A stretch of 64,000 bases of DNA from Trichosphaerium sp. ATCC 40318 (Eukaryota; Protista; Tubulinea). Both the position numbers and the translations under genes were made by a program. Position 1 is the stretch's first letter; every line of letters begins with the position of its first letter. Of the stretch, positions 43,029-55,267 are shown piece by piece. The notes under the pieces were generated by a model. It saw only the letters and a program-made list of their open reading frames with translations, had not been told where the DNA came from and searched no databases. The DNA is taken from contig JALMLS010000455.1 of assembly GCA_038496445.1 (NCBI GenBank), forward strand, positions 682,001 through 746,000, in the 5' to 3' direction.

Positions 43029-44126
43029 TTATTTAGGCTGTTCTGTTTCAGTACCCCAATTGTATATTTCAAGATCAATCTGAGGAAAAATAAGAGGGTA
43101 CGGCACAACGATTTTGACAAAATGGCATTAAAAACTTACATCTTCTTCAGTAGGTCCGAATAATGCCTCCTGATACATACGTCGTTCTCTCTCGGCTTCT
43201 TCTGCTTCTTTAACAGCTTTTAAAGCGGCCTGGCGCTCCTTTTGTTCCTGATCAAGGAGTCCTTCTTCCTCCCTTATCTGTACTTTGTTAGAAAAAAGAC
43301 TCAAACACGAACGAAGCGATTACCCTCCTTTGTCTTTCTATTTCTTCCATATCTTTAGTATCTTGAAGTGGTGTATGTTCCTCTATAGCTCCAAAAGGCT
43401 TCTTAGCAACAACGACATTACACTCAGCATTTGTAAGGCAGTACATCGTTGTAGAACCAACAAAAACTCTGTACATTTAGGGTTAGTTTAAACAAGCTTA
43501 CCTCGATTCTTACCTCACTAAAGAGTGCATATCTCTTCTGCCAAGTACAAGGTGGTGAACTCCTTTCTCTTTCACAGCCTAACGCACGTGAACAACCAAG
43601 AGGTTTTTTAAAGAACTCTTCTAAAGTGAAATCGTTTTTGAAGCTTTTGAGTAAAAGCTCGTTCCTTGTAAGCACGTACTCTGCATATTCCGTCTCCAGC
43701 GTGATCATTGAACCCCATGATCAAAATAGGCGTGATGCCAACTTCTTGTGCTTTCTTGAAATAGATACGCAAGGTTTTTTTACACAGCGCTTTCTAACAC
43801 GTGTTGGTAAGCGTCACCTTCTTTTTTTGTAGATTGACGTACCTCTCTTTTGCGATGTTCCATCTCGTACTCATACCCCACCGCTGACAGAACACTGAAA
43901 GCAAGTTGTGTCTCTTGTCCTGACTTATACAAGAAGAGGGTATCTGTTTTAATGTTCATCATTGACACTGCCTGTTAAAAAATGGAATCAAAATAAAACA
44001 CAGGACAATCGCTTGTATACCAAATTGAAAGCCCACAGGGCGTATCTATGTAGAAAATAAGCGAAATAGTACATACAATCGCTATACGCACTCTGATTCA
44101 TCTATCGCTACCATCCAGTTTGCCAT
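43029..44126 (-). CDS. Universal stress protein (USP) with charged coiled-coil tail
   Basis: MANWMVAIDESE..ALWAF, HLVLGRRDM..VRVFVGSTTMYCLTNAECNVVVAK, EEIERQRR. Confidence 0.88.
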
Positions 44127-44467
44127 GTTGTTGTTTAGTCGGTGATGTACCTACTATTTTACAAAATGAAGTACTAGGGGCATTCTCGGAAGTGTAGGAA
44201 ACCCATGTGATTCGTAGTGACACGCTTCCTCGCTTTTACTAGCATTCTGCTTTGGTATGAAGATACGCAATGATCGGCGAAAGTCAAGTAAAAATATTGA
44301 CCGACGAAGAAAAAATGATGTTGCGTTACTCTTCCTCGTGTGGCATTGATAGCCCTCTTAACAAAATTAATCTAGCTATCGTATGAAGGGTACCTAATAC
44401 CGCTTGACATTAGCTGTCAGTCTTTTTTGGTCCGTTATCGGCTAAAAAAAACGTTTCATAACGCGTG

Positions 44468-44794
44468 ATGTCAACAACAATTAAGGGCTTCTTTAAAAAT
44501 AACACCGTTACTGGTAGAACACTTAGCGAACCTGTACCGTTTACTTTAAAGTTTACCGAAGGTTCTGATGAGTCAGTGATGACTATACAAGAGTTTCAAC
44601 CTACTTTAGACGAAATGGGGTCATTTATCCAATCTCCTGAATTAATACTTAAAAAAACAGGTGACGTTTATACAGTGACTATGGGATTAATGTCTGGTGG
44701 CTCTGTGACTATTAAAGATAAAAAATTGATTCTACAAATATCTGGACATGGCGGAGGCAATATTGGAGAGTATCACGGCGACATTGAGTGTTAA
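44468..44794 (+). CDS. Intronless small beta-rich hypothetical protein (108 aa)
   Basis: Clean single-exon ORF MSTTIKGFFK...GEYHGDIEC*. Confidence 0.6.
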   Translation: MSTTIKGFFKNNTVTGRTLSEPVPFTLKFTEGSDESVMTIQEFQPTLDEMGSFIQSPELILKKTGDVYTVTMGLMSGGSVTIKDKKLILQISGHGGGNIGEYHGDIEC

Positions 44795-44899
44795 CACCGA
44801 AACAAAAATCATGTCAAGTAACAAATAAAAGAAAATCTCTGATTTTCAATGTACGTTGTTAGCGCCAACCTGTTCTTTCTACGGATCCAGCTTTGCATC

Positions 44900-45770
44900 A
44901 TACTGATAGTGATTCTTCGGTTTTCTGCAATGTGCTCTTTGGAATCTGCATCAGGCCTTCAATCTACTTTGATTAAAGGCAAAATCAATTATCTGAGCAA
45001 CTGTTTATTGTACTTCTATTTCCAGCTGCTTTAACTGTGAGCGTAGTTGGGCCGTATCGTGCAACTTTAATATTCCATGATTTGCTGTGCACCTTGCGCT
45101 TGTGGTAATTGAGTATAATAAGAAGTTTACTTCTGGATTGCGTTACAAAGAGTGCTTGTTTATTTTTGTAACAGGCGAGTACAGACTTTGTTATGTTGAT
45201 ACCTGTGACGTAACCTATTTTCTTTATGTCAAAATTGCAGTACTATAATTATAGTTAAACTGCTTGTGTATTAGTGGGAACTTGTGTTTGTATTTCTGAT
45301 AATTGTGTGGCTTTGGATCCATTCGGAGAACCATTTGAAGCACTTCCTACTCCTGGTTGACCTGGTTCTTGACCTTTGAACCTGTAAAAGCATGCAATAG
45401 GAACTGTAAGGAGTATAATTATTACCACACTTATTATAATAAGACCAATAAGCGAAACACTCGTAATTACTACAAAAAACGAAAGTGAGTGTTTAATTTT
45501 ATTGTTTTAATTAACACGTGCCTCTGCTGCCACTGGCATCACTAATAATATTAAATGGTGCTTCGCTAGCTCCAGTTGGTAGTATTGTTGCGTTGTTTAC
45601 GGTAGTTGGAGAAGCCTAAAGCTTGTTAATATTAATTTATTTTATTAGGAGCAATTTACCATTGGAGGTGCAAAACAGACTGTAAAAGAACGCAGATGTT
45701 AGTACAAGACTGTCTTACGGGCCCTTAAGTGCTAAGATAAATAGTGATCTGGGAGCAGCTATTGGCATCG
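44900..45770 (-). CDS. Small single-pass membrane protein (ends uncertain)
   Basis: S/T-rich exon ASPTTVNNATILPTG, TM LIGLIIISVVIIILLTVPIACFY, cytoplasmic RFKGQEPGQPG. Confidence 0.45.
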
Positions 45771-46032
45771 TACATAGTTTAATAACCCTGTTAGCTGCGC
45801 CTTTGAGTTCACGTGCGGTCCCGAAAAATTCATTAACTGAATGCCCGTACCAACAGTTCTGGCTGTATTTAGCTTAAAAACACCCATACGTAAGAATGCT
45901 GGTGCAGGCTTAGGGTAGTGGATTTCCTTCGAAGATTCGTGGTTTATTGTGCACATCTGTGTTTTTCCGAGCGACTTTCATCAAAGAAAGTTTTTCCGTC
46001 GTGATACTTCTAGTACACCAAAACACGAAACC

Positions 46033-49000
46033 ATGGCAGGGGCACTTAACGTATTCCTGTTGCTCTTATTGTATGTTGCTTCTATTGCTGGACAGGCTAC
46101 ACCGAGTGATGCTTACCTTTCAGCATTTAATACGCCAGTGACACCTCAAGAAAACCTGTTGAAGGTAAAATAACGCGTTTTGATCCGTATCTTATCGATT
46201 TTTCCTTGTAGACGATAAACGCGACCCACACAATCAGCAGATTTACCTTTAAATTGTTTAATGGAACTTTTGTGTACGTACAACCAAAGACCAAACCAGA
46301 TTAAGCGCAAACCTTACAAAAGCAGCGTCTGACGCACAAAAGGACCCATTTACCCGTTTTGTTTAACTAACCCCATTCGGAAACTAACGTTTTTTTCTAG
46401 TCGTACTAAGGTTGGTGAGTCGTGTCCCACAGCAGAAGACAACTCAACGATCGTTTGTATCCGTATCCCTTCTCCTGAAAAAGTTATGGCATTTATTTCA
46501 GACCAAACTGTAACACTTGACGTTTGCGCGTCGGAAGCCTTGTATGAGCTATACTTTTTATCAGCGAAATCAAATATCAGAGTAGAAATCTTCTATCTTA
46601 AAAGTACGTTTTTCTCCCCAACAGCAACTTTGGCATTGATTAAATACACCATCGCATCTTCCCTTGATAGCCAAGGTGTTGTATCCCAGCTCGGAAACTG
46701 GGCACTCTAGTTTGCTGTTCAGGATTTTGCGAACTCTTTTTTTTTGCTTTTTTTATTTTTTTGCTTGCACACCCGCTCCCTACCTTAACATGTAGCGAGA
46801 TCTAATACTTTGTAGTGACAAATATTGTTTCCACACCAGATCAAGCAAGTACTGGAGAGTGGCCAGTAACGTATAAGGAAAAATTAGGCATGAGTATTGT
46901 TTACATAAAACTTCCTACATTCACACGTGACGATAAACATTCTCTTAAAAGACCTGCTATTAGTTGTTCTAGTGGAGGAGTACACGTAAACTATAGGCTT
47001 ACAAAGGCATCACCTGATCTTTGCATAAGCCCAGGCTCTGAGGCAAAGTTCTTAGATTGTTACCACAGTTGACTAACTTTTTATTTTAGAATGACATGCT
47101 TTATTTTTCTCACTTTGACACCGACTTTAACACTTACATTCCTTGGGATTTAGAAGCTGGTTACTATTTAAGAATAGATTACGATTTTGAAGGCACTTTT
47201 AATTTAGCTGCAGTTAGTTGCAGCATTACAGTTGGTAGGTACCCTTTTCGTATTTCCTTTACAAAAGGTAACACTAGCTCATTACTCCTTTCTAGAGGGA
47301 GTGCCACCTTTGTATACTGAACAACCTATCAAAGCTTCAATGTATTCTATATATAAGATACCAACAGATGCCATTTCATTGCTTACTATAACCAAGAAAA
47401 CAAAGGATGCGGTAAGCACAGAGTAAAGATTTTAATGTTTTTAACTCGTGTTAGGTACTTAAATTCGATTTTGATTCTTGTGGAACAACTTTACCCGTGT
47501 ACGACCATGTAGTAGCAACAATGGGTGAAGAAAAGCATCTAATTGGAGCATGTTGTTGTGTATCAGGGTTTGTGTATGTTCACTTCTCCTCACCACCAGC
47601 TGATGGAAGATTCGCGGAAATATACTACAAATACCAACACAATTGTACGAAATTGCTCTTTCTTAGTCTTTCGCCCACAAATATTTAATGATAATAACAA
47701 CTATTGTTAGATACGGTTCCTATACTGCAAGCAGAGGATGTTTGGATGGGTAGTAACTTTTCTCAATCTGTCACTGACAACTATGGCCAAGTAATGAGAA
47801 AAGAACAAGAAAAAAAAAAGAGGTTTCCTTATTATTTGTTTTAGGACTTCTTTGCTGTTGACTTTGGACGTCAACCTAACTTAAAAATACCATTGGATGT
47901 CACTAGGCTTAAATACCTTGGTATTCGCCTTTGCTTGTTCCCAGACAGCAAAAGCACAAGTAGTTTGTGGATGCCATCAATAGTTGATAGAGATGGCGAT
48001 GAACCGCATTGGGACTTAGAAGCTACTTCCCCAGGATTTGTTGCAAGTGATAAATTGACCATTACTACTTTCCCTAACTCACTTGGTATGACTAATCTAT
48101 TACTCGGTCTTCTCTGCTAATGCGTTATACAGATGTTGAAGGTACCATTTTGAGGAAAACAGAGGTCCAAGTGTTTCACATTGATTTCGATGCTATGAGC
48201 AAAGTTATTGATATCTCAGACGGTATTGTTATAAGATCTCGTCCTTTAGGGGGTAGAATCGGATTAGGTCAGACTTACACCAATGTCTACCAACAGTTAT
48301 TGAATGATACCAACAAGATACCAATATCGACTTGTAAACTTGCTTTACCAGAATACCAGCATGAAAAAGTGAGCTTTATTCATTACAACCGTTAATGACA
48401 TATTGTTTAGGATAACAACTACTTCTACTATGAAGATCTCAGTGTTGATGATGCTTCTATAGACACAACTATCGAGAAAGCAGTTACTTCACGTACGAGA
48501 TAGATTTAGAGCATTTATCACAAACATCTTGTTTTACACTTGGTTTTTGTATTCTGGTTATGTGTACGCTAAACCTTTGTTACAGAAGTAGTAGCGCCTA
48601 TTTATATTGAAAGTGGTGAAATTATTGATTTCGGAGAAAGTGATGAAGATGTTCAAACATATATTTTCAATGTACCAAAAGATACAGCTTTCTGGTACAT
48701 GAGTAACTTTGCTGGTGGAAGCTCAACTCTGAGTCCAGTTGTTACACATGTTGAAAAATGTGAAGTGGTATGTCAGAGTCTATAACTAACCTGTGTTGTT
48801 CATACTTGCATAGGTTGCAAATATTTCTGCTGGATACAAACTGGCGCCAGCTGCAGGAAACTGGTCAGTCCGGTTATGTACTGCTTCTACTTAACTTTAT
48901 ATCTTAGGACTATTACTGTCAGTAAACCTGCTCAAGATCTTTGTGATGAAGAAAACTCTGATTGCTTTTTCTCAGTACATGGTAACCTTATTTGAAAACG

Positions 49001-51289
49001 ATATTTCTTCAAACAGCTAATATTTTTTTCAGTTGTTCCTAAGTCTGACATAACACTTTTGACTGAATCTCAAACTATTACTGCTAAAGCAAAACAATGG
49101 TATTCCATACCACAGGATTTATGGAATGAATACTTTTTACTTCCAACTGGTAGTGGCTTAGCTGTGTGCGACAAATTATTTTAAGTTTTATCGTTTTTCT
49201 TTGTTTTTTCCTATTATCTCGTTCTCTTCAAAATTGAAAATATTTTAAGTATTCCTCTTCGTTCCAATATAAGAAAACCAGTTGTGTATAGAAATTGTAT
49301 AATCGTGCACCTCAACAAAGACTAAAAGCGTTATGGGTCTTTTTTTATTGAGGAGAAGTTCCTAATATTGTTGTTTTAGTCACAGAGAGGGTGATAAGAT
49401 AACAGAAAGTCTGTGTATGAATTATCAATATAGACAACCGAAGAAGGTAGTTCTAGCAGAGCTAAGAGGATGTACAAATGTAACTGAAGTCCGTAAAGAA
49501 ATAGCTGGTACACAGGCAACAATTTATTTCGCAGTTTGCTGCTTTCTTACTTTTTTACCAGAAATTATGAATGTTCAAGAAGATGCTGTAATAGTCTACA
49601 ATGGAGTTGAAGGACAATGGAATGAAAACTATGTAAACGAGTTTTATTGCATCGACTCACGTAGTAGAACATTCTACATTGGATTCGACCCAGCTAAATA
49701 TGATACTTCGCGTGGCTCTCCTCTTTCAATGATGAAAGAACTTGAAACTGAGCATTCTGGGTACCCTGATACGTTTGAAGTCATAGATGCCGCTGGTCTC
49801 GTATTTAATGGAGATGGCGTTGTAGCAGCCTCAAATATTTGCAAGGAGTTCTATAGATTCTTTTTCTATGCCACTGATGAAGCACCTTTACAGGTTGTTA
49901 AGCGAGAGAAATGTACGTCATTACTTATTGCTCTTTGTTCTTACCCTCGTAATTATGAAATGTACATATGATATCACGTGATAGATTTGTTTATCGTTCG
50001 AAGCTTACTTGGTTTTTTAGTGCCACAATTAAGTGTGGAGCTGAGTACCTTCATTCCTTTCAGTTATGCATCTTTTATACCTCCAGAAGATACAATGCTT
50101 ATATCCGTTACTGAGTTCACTGGATCTTATTGTGTTCATACTGAAAACTCTTATTGTGAGACAAAGAGCATGGCGTTAATAGCAGGTTGTATGATAAAGG
50201 ATATAGTATTTTATAACCCAACACGTGAGAATATATTGATTGACTATGATGGTATGTAACTTCTGTTTGCTTCCTATTTTTTTTAGTGTTAATCCCTGCT
50301 TTTAGAGAAGATATATTATTCGGAGATATTTATTGACAATCTGTATTCGGCTGTGTCCGTAGATTCACTTCCTTATACTCGAAAAAGCATTACTCCAGCT
50401 AGTGATGCATTATTTATTGTTGACTATGGTATGACTTACACAATTATTTCTGAAGACGAATGTGAGTCAAACAACATGACTTCCTATGTTAGGTACACAT
50501 CACGTTTATTACTGCTTTTTTTTGTTTGCATGTTAGGATCTTTTGGCTTGTGTAGCTTTTTCTAAGTAATTATTTTGTAGGACAATAAAAACTCAAACTG
50601 AAAGTACAAGACTGTTAGCAGGTGTAAAATATTACATAAGAATGAATGGGTCAGGTTATTATAACGCAACGACCATAGAACCTGGTCCATCAGGTGACGA
50701 CAATATCTATATTGATGTTGGATATATTGAGGATAAATGCAGTGTATTAAATAGCTGTAATCATGATGAAAACGCAATTGAAGATCCACATTGTAGAGAA
50801 CTGGTAAAGGTACGAAAAAACGCCACCATACTGAACAGGTTACTATGACAACAATTTAAAGTGAGACAGCAGACTCTTTGTCCATTCCCTTTTTTTTCTT
50901 GTTTTATAAGTCAATCCAGCTTATATTTTTGTGTTTAGAGTTTTGTTTCTTCCGCTGAGGACTATTGTGGAAAAACTGGAGTAAACCCTCAAATGTGTTA
51001 TAAATCTTGTGAGGTTCTTCGGAATGCTAATTGTTTCAACTTTGAAACTGATTGCTCTCTATTCCCTGTGACTAATTGTGCTCAAGTCAACTCAACCTAT
51101 TTTCCAGTTGACCCTTACAGTCCACCTTATTCTGAACCTGACATTGTTCCTTACTGGATATATGTTGGTGTAATACCTGCTGCAGTACTTGCAGTAGTTA
51201 TTATTATAATAGTAATTGTAGTACTTATAGTCTGCTGCAAGAAAAAGGATTCAGATCCAAATGCATACTCAACATTTGGTGATAGTTAA
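46033..51289 (+). CDS. Large type I membrane protein: signal peptide, long Cys-containing ectodomain, juxtamembrane Cys-rich module, TM, short tail with YxxF
   Basis: MAGALNVFLLLLLYVASIAG; many phase-compatible exons; TM IYVGVIPAAVLAVVIIIIVIVVLIV; tail CCKKKDSDPNAYSTFGDS. Confidence 0.8.
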
Positions 51290-51827
51290 CTGCTACCTAA
51301 CGTAGTATATACCAGATTGCATTTATTAGACCAATAAAGATGCATTATTTTAATAAACCATTGTGTGGTTAAACCCGACGGCAAAACAAACAAATTAAAC
51401 ATAGCAAAAATAATTTGTAGTCTGGTAACAAATGAAACCGTGAACACTACAGCGCTGAAAGCAAAGTTATGCATATCCACAGTGAATCAATAAACTTACT
51501 TGTTTTGCAAGTATTGGACAGGTATCATAAAGCAATAGAAGAGAGCCACTATTTACCATGGCACTTGTTTATTTAAGAGGCTACTTTTTACTAAGTGTCT
51601 TCAGCTTGATTAGTGAATTTAAGATGTGAGTATGTATAGGTTTCAAAAATGGAACTTTGTTCACACGTGGGACGAAAGAAACTTGGCTTTTTTTTGATGT
51701 AACTTAACGAATTAAGTCATGTTGATAAGGCGTTCCTGGTAATTGTTATTGGCTGTTTAAACCAACAATACAAGCAACCAGTTCGATACAAGACAGTTTT
51801 ATTCGGTTTAAGCTAAAAACAGAAGAG

Positions 51828-53700
51828 ATGTCTACAAAAGAAAATCTAATAACGCCAACCGCTTTACGACGCTTTGCGCGTAGCATTGTAGATGCGCAAA
51901 CGTTAATTAGTCAAGGCGCGAAAGAAGAACTGTTACAAACGATCACTACATACGCCAAGGATCTCATTGAATCGTACGTAGCGTAGTAATACCATTTAGA
52001 TGATTAATACAGCACAGAGCTGAAAAAGTTTGTAAAAAGCAAGACAGGAAAACAATTGTAGCAAATCACGTCAAAATAGCCATAGAAAACGTCAAACACG
52101 GCGAAGCCGCTCCAACCTTCGAATTTCCTGACTTTGGCTCGGATTCATTGAGCGTTGCCAGCTTCCCTGACTCTGAGGTCGCTAGTAACTGGAGTATGCA
52201 GACTAATACAGGCGGTTTCAGTCCAAAAGTGCGTTAACGAAACACTCTCATAGCAAAGCGAATAAAAGACTTCTCTGACGTGTACCTTGCGTACACTTTT
52301 AGTTAAGTGATCTGGACGGCTTTCAGAATTTGTCGTTATCAAGCCCAACACACGGACAAGCTAGCGGTGTTATTCCTCAAGCAGCTCCAAGAAAAGCGAA
52401 TGCTTTCGCTGGATTTAACTTTGGTTTTGATAGTGGCGCTCAGGTAGTAGCTCCAAGTGAGGACAAACTTCCTGGATCCGCTCAACCAGCTACTGCTTTC
52501 CCTGGATTTAGCTTTGGTTTTGATAGTGGCGCTCAGGTAGTAGCTCCAAGTGAGGACAAACTTCCTGGAACCGCTCAACCAGCTACTGCTTTCCCTGGAT
52601 TTAGCTTTGGTTTTGATAGTGGCGCTCAGGTAGTAGCTCCAAGTGAGGACAAACTTCCTGGACCCGCTCAACCAGCTACTAGTGGCAGTCCTCATGAGGT
52701 TCCAAGGTTTAAAATCGTTCTTGCTGGCGATGGAGGTGTTGGTGCGTTACGTGTTGGTCTCTTTGATGTCAGCTTTATTTTTTTGTATTTCCCACGTGCT
52801 TGTTAGGGACTACAAGTTTATATTTACGATCAACAATGTTAATTTATTTACTGGGTAGGTAAAACGAGTTTGGTAAAAAAATTGCTTACTGGTGGTAAGG
52901 TTTTTACTTGGTTGTTTATCATTTAATGTGACCTACAAGAGTTTGAGACGAATTATATAGCTACAATGGGTGTTGAAGTACATACAGTAAGAGTTACGAC
53001 AAACAGAGGACCAATTGATTTTAACATATGTACGAGTAGTTTTTTTTCATTTTGTTGTCTCTTGACACTCACTATTTTCTATAGGGGACACTGCAGGTGA
53101 ACTTGTTTGTAAAGTTTTCTTGAGTGTTATCTTATTACATTGCTAGGTCAAGAAAAATTTGGAGGACTCAGAGATGGTACACCTTTCCTTTCTGTTTTAG
53201 AAATTTCCGTATCAAAAAAAAAAATTGAATGTTGACTAGTGTTGTAGGATACTATATTGGCGCTCAAGGGGCTATCGTTATGTTTGATATGACTTCTAAA
53301 CTAACATATAAAAATTCCAAGAATTGGATTCAAGATATAAGGAGGGTATCAAGCGACTGTCCTGTGGTGTTATGCGCTAATAAGGTAAGCAAAAAAAATT
53401 GAGTGACTTTTTCACATCTATTCGACGTCTATTTACTCTTCTCTTGTACTCATTCTTACCTCTTAGGCTGATGCTGCAGCTGATAAAATAGAAAAACTAA
53501 GAGAAGAAGATCATGATTTTAGTCTTGCTATCACATCAGTCAAGGAAGGCAGCATTAACGAGCTTTATAATGTATGTACAATTTACTTGCGTATATTCAT
53601 CATAATTTTGTTTTCTGAATGATTACTAATCTTACCCTTCTAGCCGTTGTTGCTACTTACTCGTATATTAACTTATGACCAAAGTATAGAGCTAGCCTAA
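51828..53700 (+). CDS. Histone-fold + FxFG repeats + Ran-like GTPase fusion protein
   Basis: Introns 51974-52017 and 52229-52302 join [42 protein letters not shown] in frame to 3x AFxGFxFGFDSG and [55 protein letters not shown]. Confidence 0.88.
52402..52680 (+). repeat. Three 93-bp (31-aa) tandem repeats with FxFG core
   Basis: Units start at 52402, 52495 and 52588: AF(A/P)GF(N/S)[25 protein letters not shown]. Confidence 0.95.
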
Positions 53701-54121
53701 ACTTTTTTCTCACTTGTTCATTGTCAATGACGTTGTGACTTCTAAAACAGAGCTGTTCTAAATAAATGCATGTAAACAAGATGATTATTAATAAGTTTAG
53801 AAAGCACGTGTTTTGTGACTTGTACAAATAATGTTGATCGATCTCCTTTTGATTTACTGTGTTCATAACACGTTTGTAAGTCCTATTGAGTTTGTAAAAT
53901 CTGAGTGATAGACATACCAATTCAAGTACCTGCCCAGACTCAACTTGTAAAGAAGACTGCTCTTAGAAATGGCGATTAACAGGTGTGGCCAGTGAGCTGT
54001 TTTCAGTCTTAATAGTACAAGTCAAAAGTCTAACAGTACGAGAATGTACACATGTAACACTTAACATGAAAATCACTATTGTTGCCTACACTTATACATT
54101 CTAATTTAAAAAGAGTTCATA

Positions 54122-55078
54122 TTACAATATTGAGCACCAATTTTCTTCAGGTAGCCTTGGTGTGCCATCAACATACATCGAGTCGTATAGAATTTGTCCA
54201 TTCTCATACCAACCCTTCCATTGACCATTTTTTTTACCATTAGCATACATGCCTTGTACCTTAATTTGTCCACTTTCATGCCACTCTTTGTATTCACCAT
54301 GTAGTTTATCATCAATCCACATTTCATGTACCTTGATTTGTCTATTTTCATACCATTCTTTTCCTTCACCATTTTTTTTACCATCAACCCACATTGATTG
54401 GAACTTGAGTTGTCCATCCTCATAAAAATTTACTTCACCATTAAACTTATCATCAACAAATGTTGTTTGTGCCCTAAGTTGTCCATTTTCAAACCAATAT
54501 TGCCATTCACCATTTTTTTTACCATCAACACACATGCCTTGTACCTTAATTTGTCCACTTTCATACCACTTTTTTAGTATACCATTTCGTTTACCATCAA
54601 TCCACATGGCTTGATACATGAGTTGGCCATTTTCTTGCCATTCTTTGTACTCACCATTTTTTTTACCATCAACCCACACGGATTGGATACTGAGTTGTCC
54701 ATTTTCATACCACTCTTTGGATTCACCAGTTTTTTTCCTATCAATCCACATGGATTGGAAACTGAGTTGCCCATTTGCATGCCACTCTTTGTACTCACCA
54801 GTTTTTTTACCATCAACTAGTAGGCATTGTGCATGAAGTTGCCCTCCTTCATACCATTTTTTGTACAATCCATTCTTTGCATATTTGTGTGCTTGTACTC
54901 TACCACTTTTGTACCATCTGATCCAATTACCTTTCCTTTCTAATGCTTCATCAAAGTGCGTATTGATTGCTGCTCTTTTTGAAAGTGTATGGAACTTTGT
55001 GAATGCTTCCGCATTGAATGTACAAATGTACTCTTGAATCTCACAGGGGAGATCCAGTACTGTCAAAGAATACGCCAT
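54122..55078 (-). CDS. Intronless F-box-like + MORN-variant (YwqK-like) repeat protein
   Basis: N-terminal LDLPCEIQEYICTF; about 10 repeats of ~24 aa KKNGEYKEWYENGQL..QSMWVDG. Confidence 0.85.
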   Translation of the reverse strand: MAYSLTVLDLPCEIQEYICTFNAEAFTKFHTLSKRAAINTHFDEALERKGNWIRWYKSGRVQAHKYAKNGLYKKWYEGGQLHAQCLLVDGKKTGEYKEWHANGQLSFQSMWIDRKKTGESKEWYENGQLSIQSVWVDGKKNGEYKEWQENGQLMYQAMWIDGKRNGILKKWYESGQIKVQGMCVDGKKNGEWQYWFENGQLRAQTTFVDDKFNGEVNFYEDGQLKFQSMWVDGKKNGEGKEWYENRQIKVHEMWIDDKLHGEYKEWHESGQIKVQGMYANGKKNGQWKGWYENGQILYDSMYVDGTPRLPEENWCSIL

Positions 55079-55267
55079 AGAGCTATAACAAAGTCAAAAT
55101 AGAGTACAACAACAGCATCGCTGTTGATGAACGAATCTAAAACAGGCTATTGCCAGCGCATCTCGTTGGTAAAAGCTGAGCGTATAAAGGGCTTTAAAAG
55201 AGTTTTTACAGTTATTCTAACGTACTTTTGCTCCATTCTATCAGAATACCTTTCACTGACAACGCAA

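Noticed and set aside
52339-52695. Minus-strand 118-aa repeat ORF
   Set aside because: Antisense of the FxFG repeat exon
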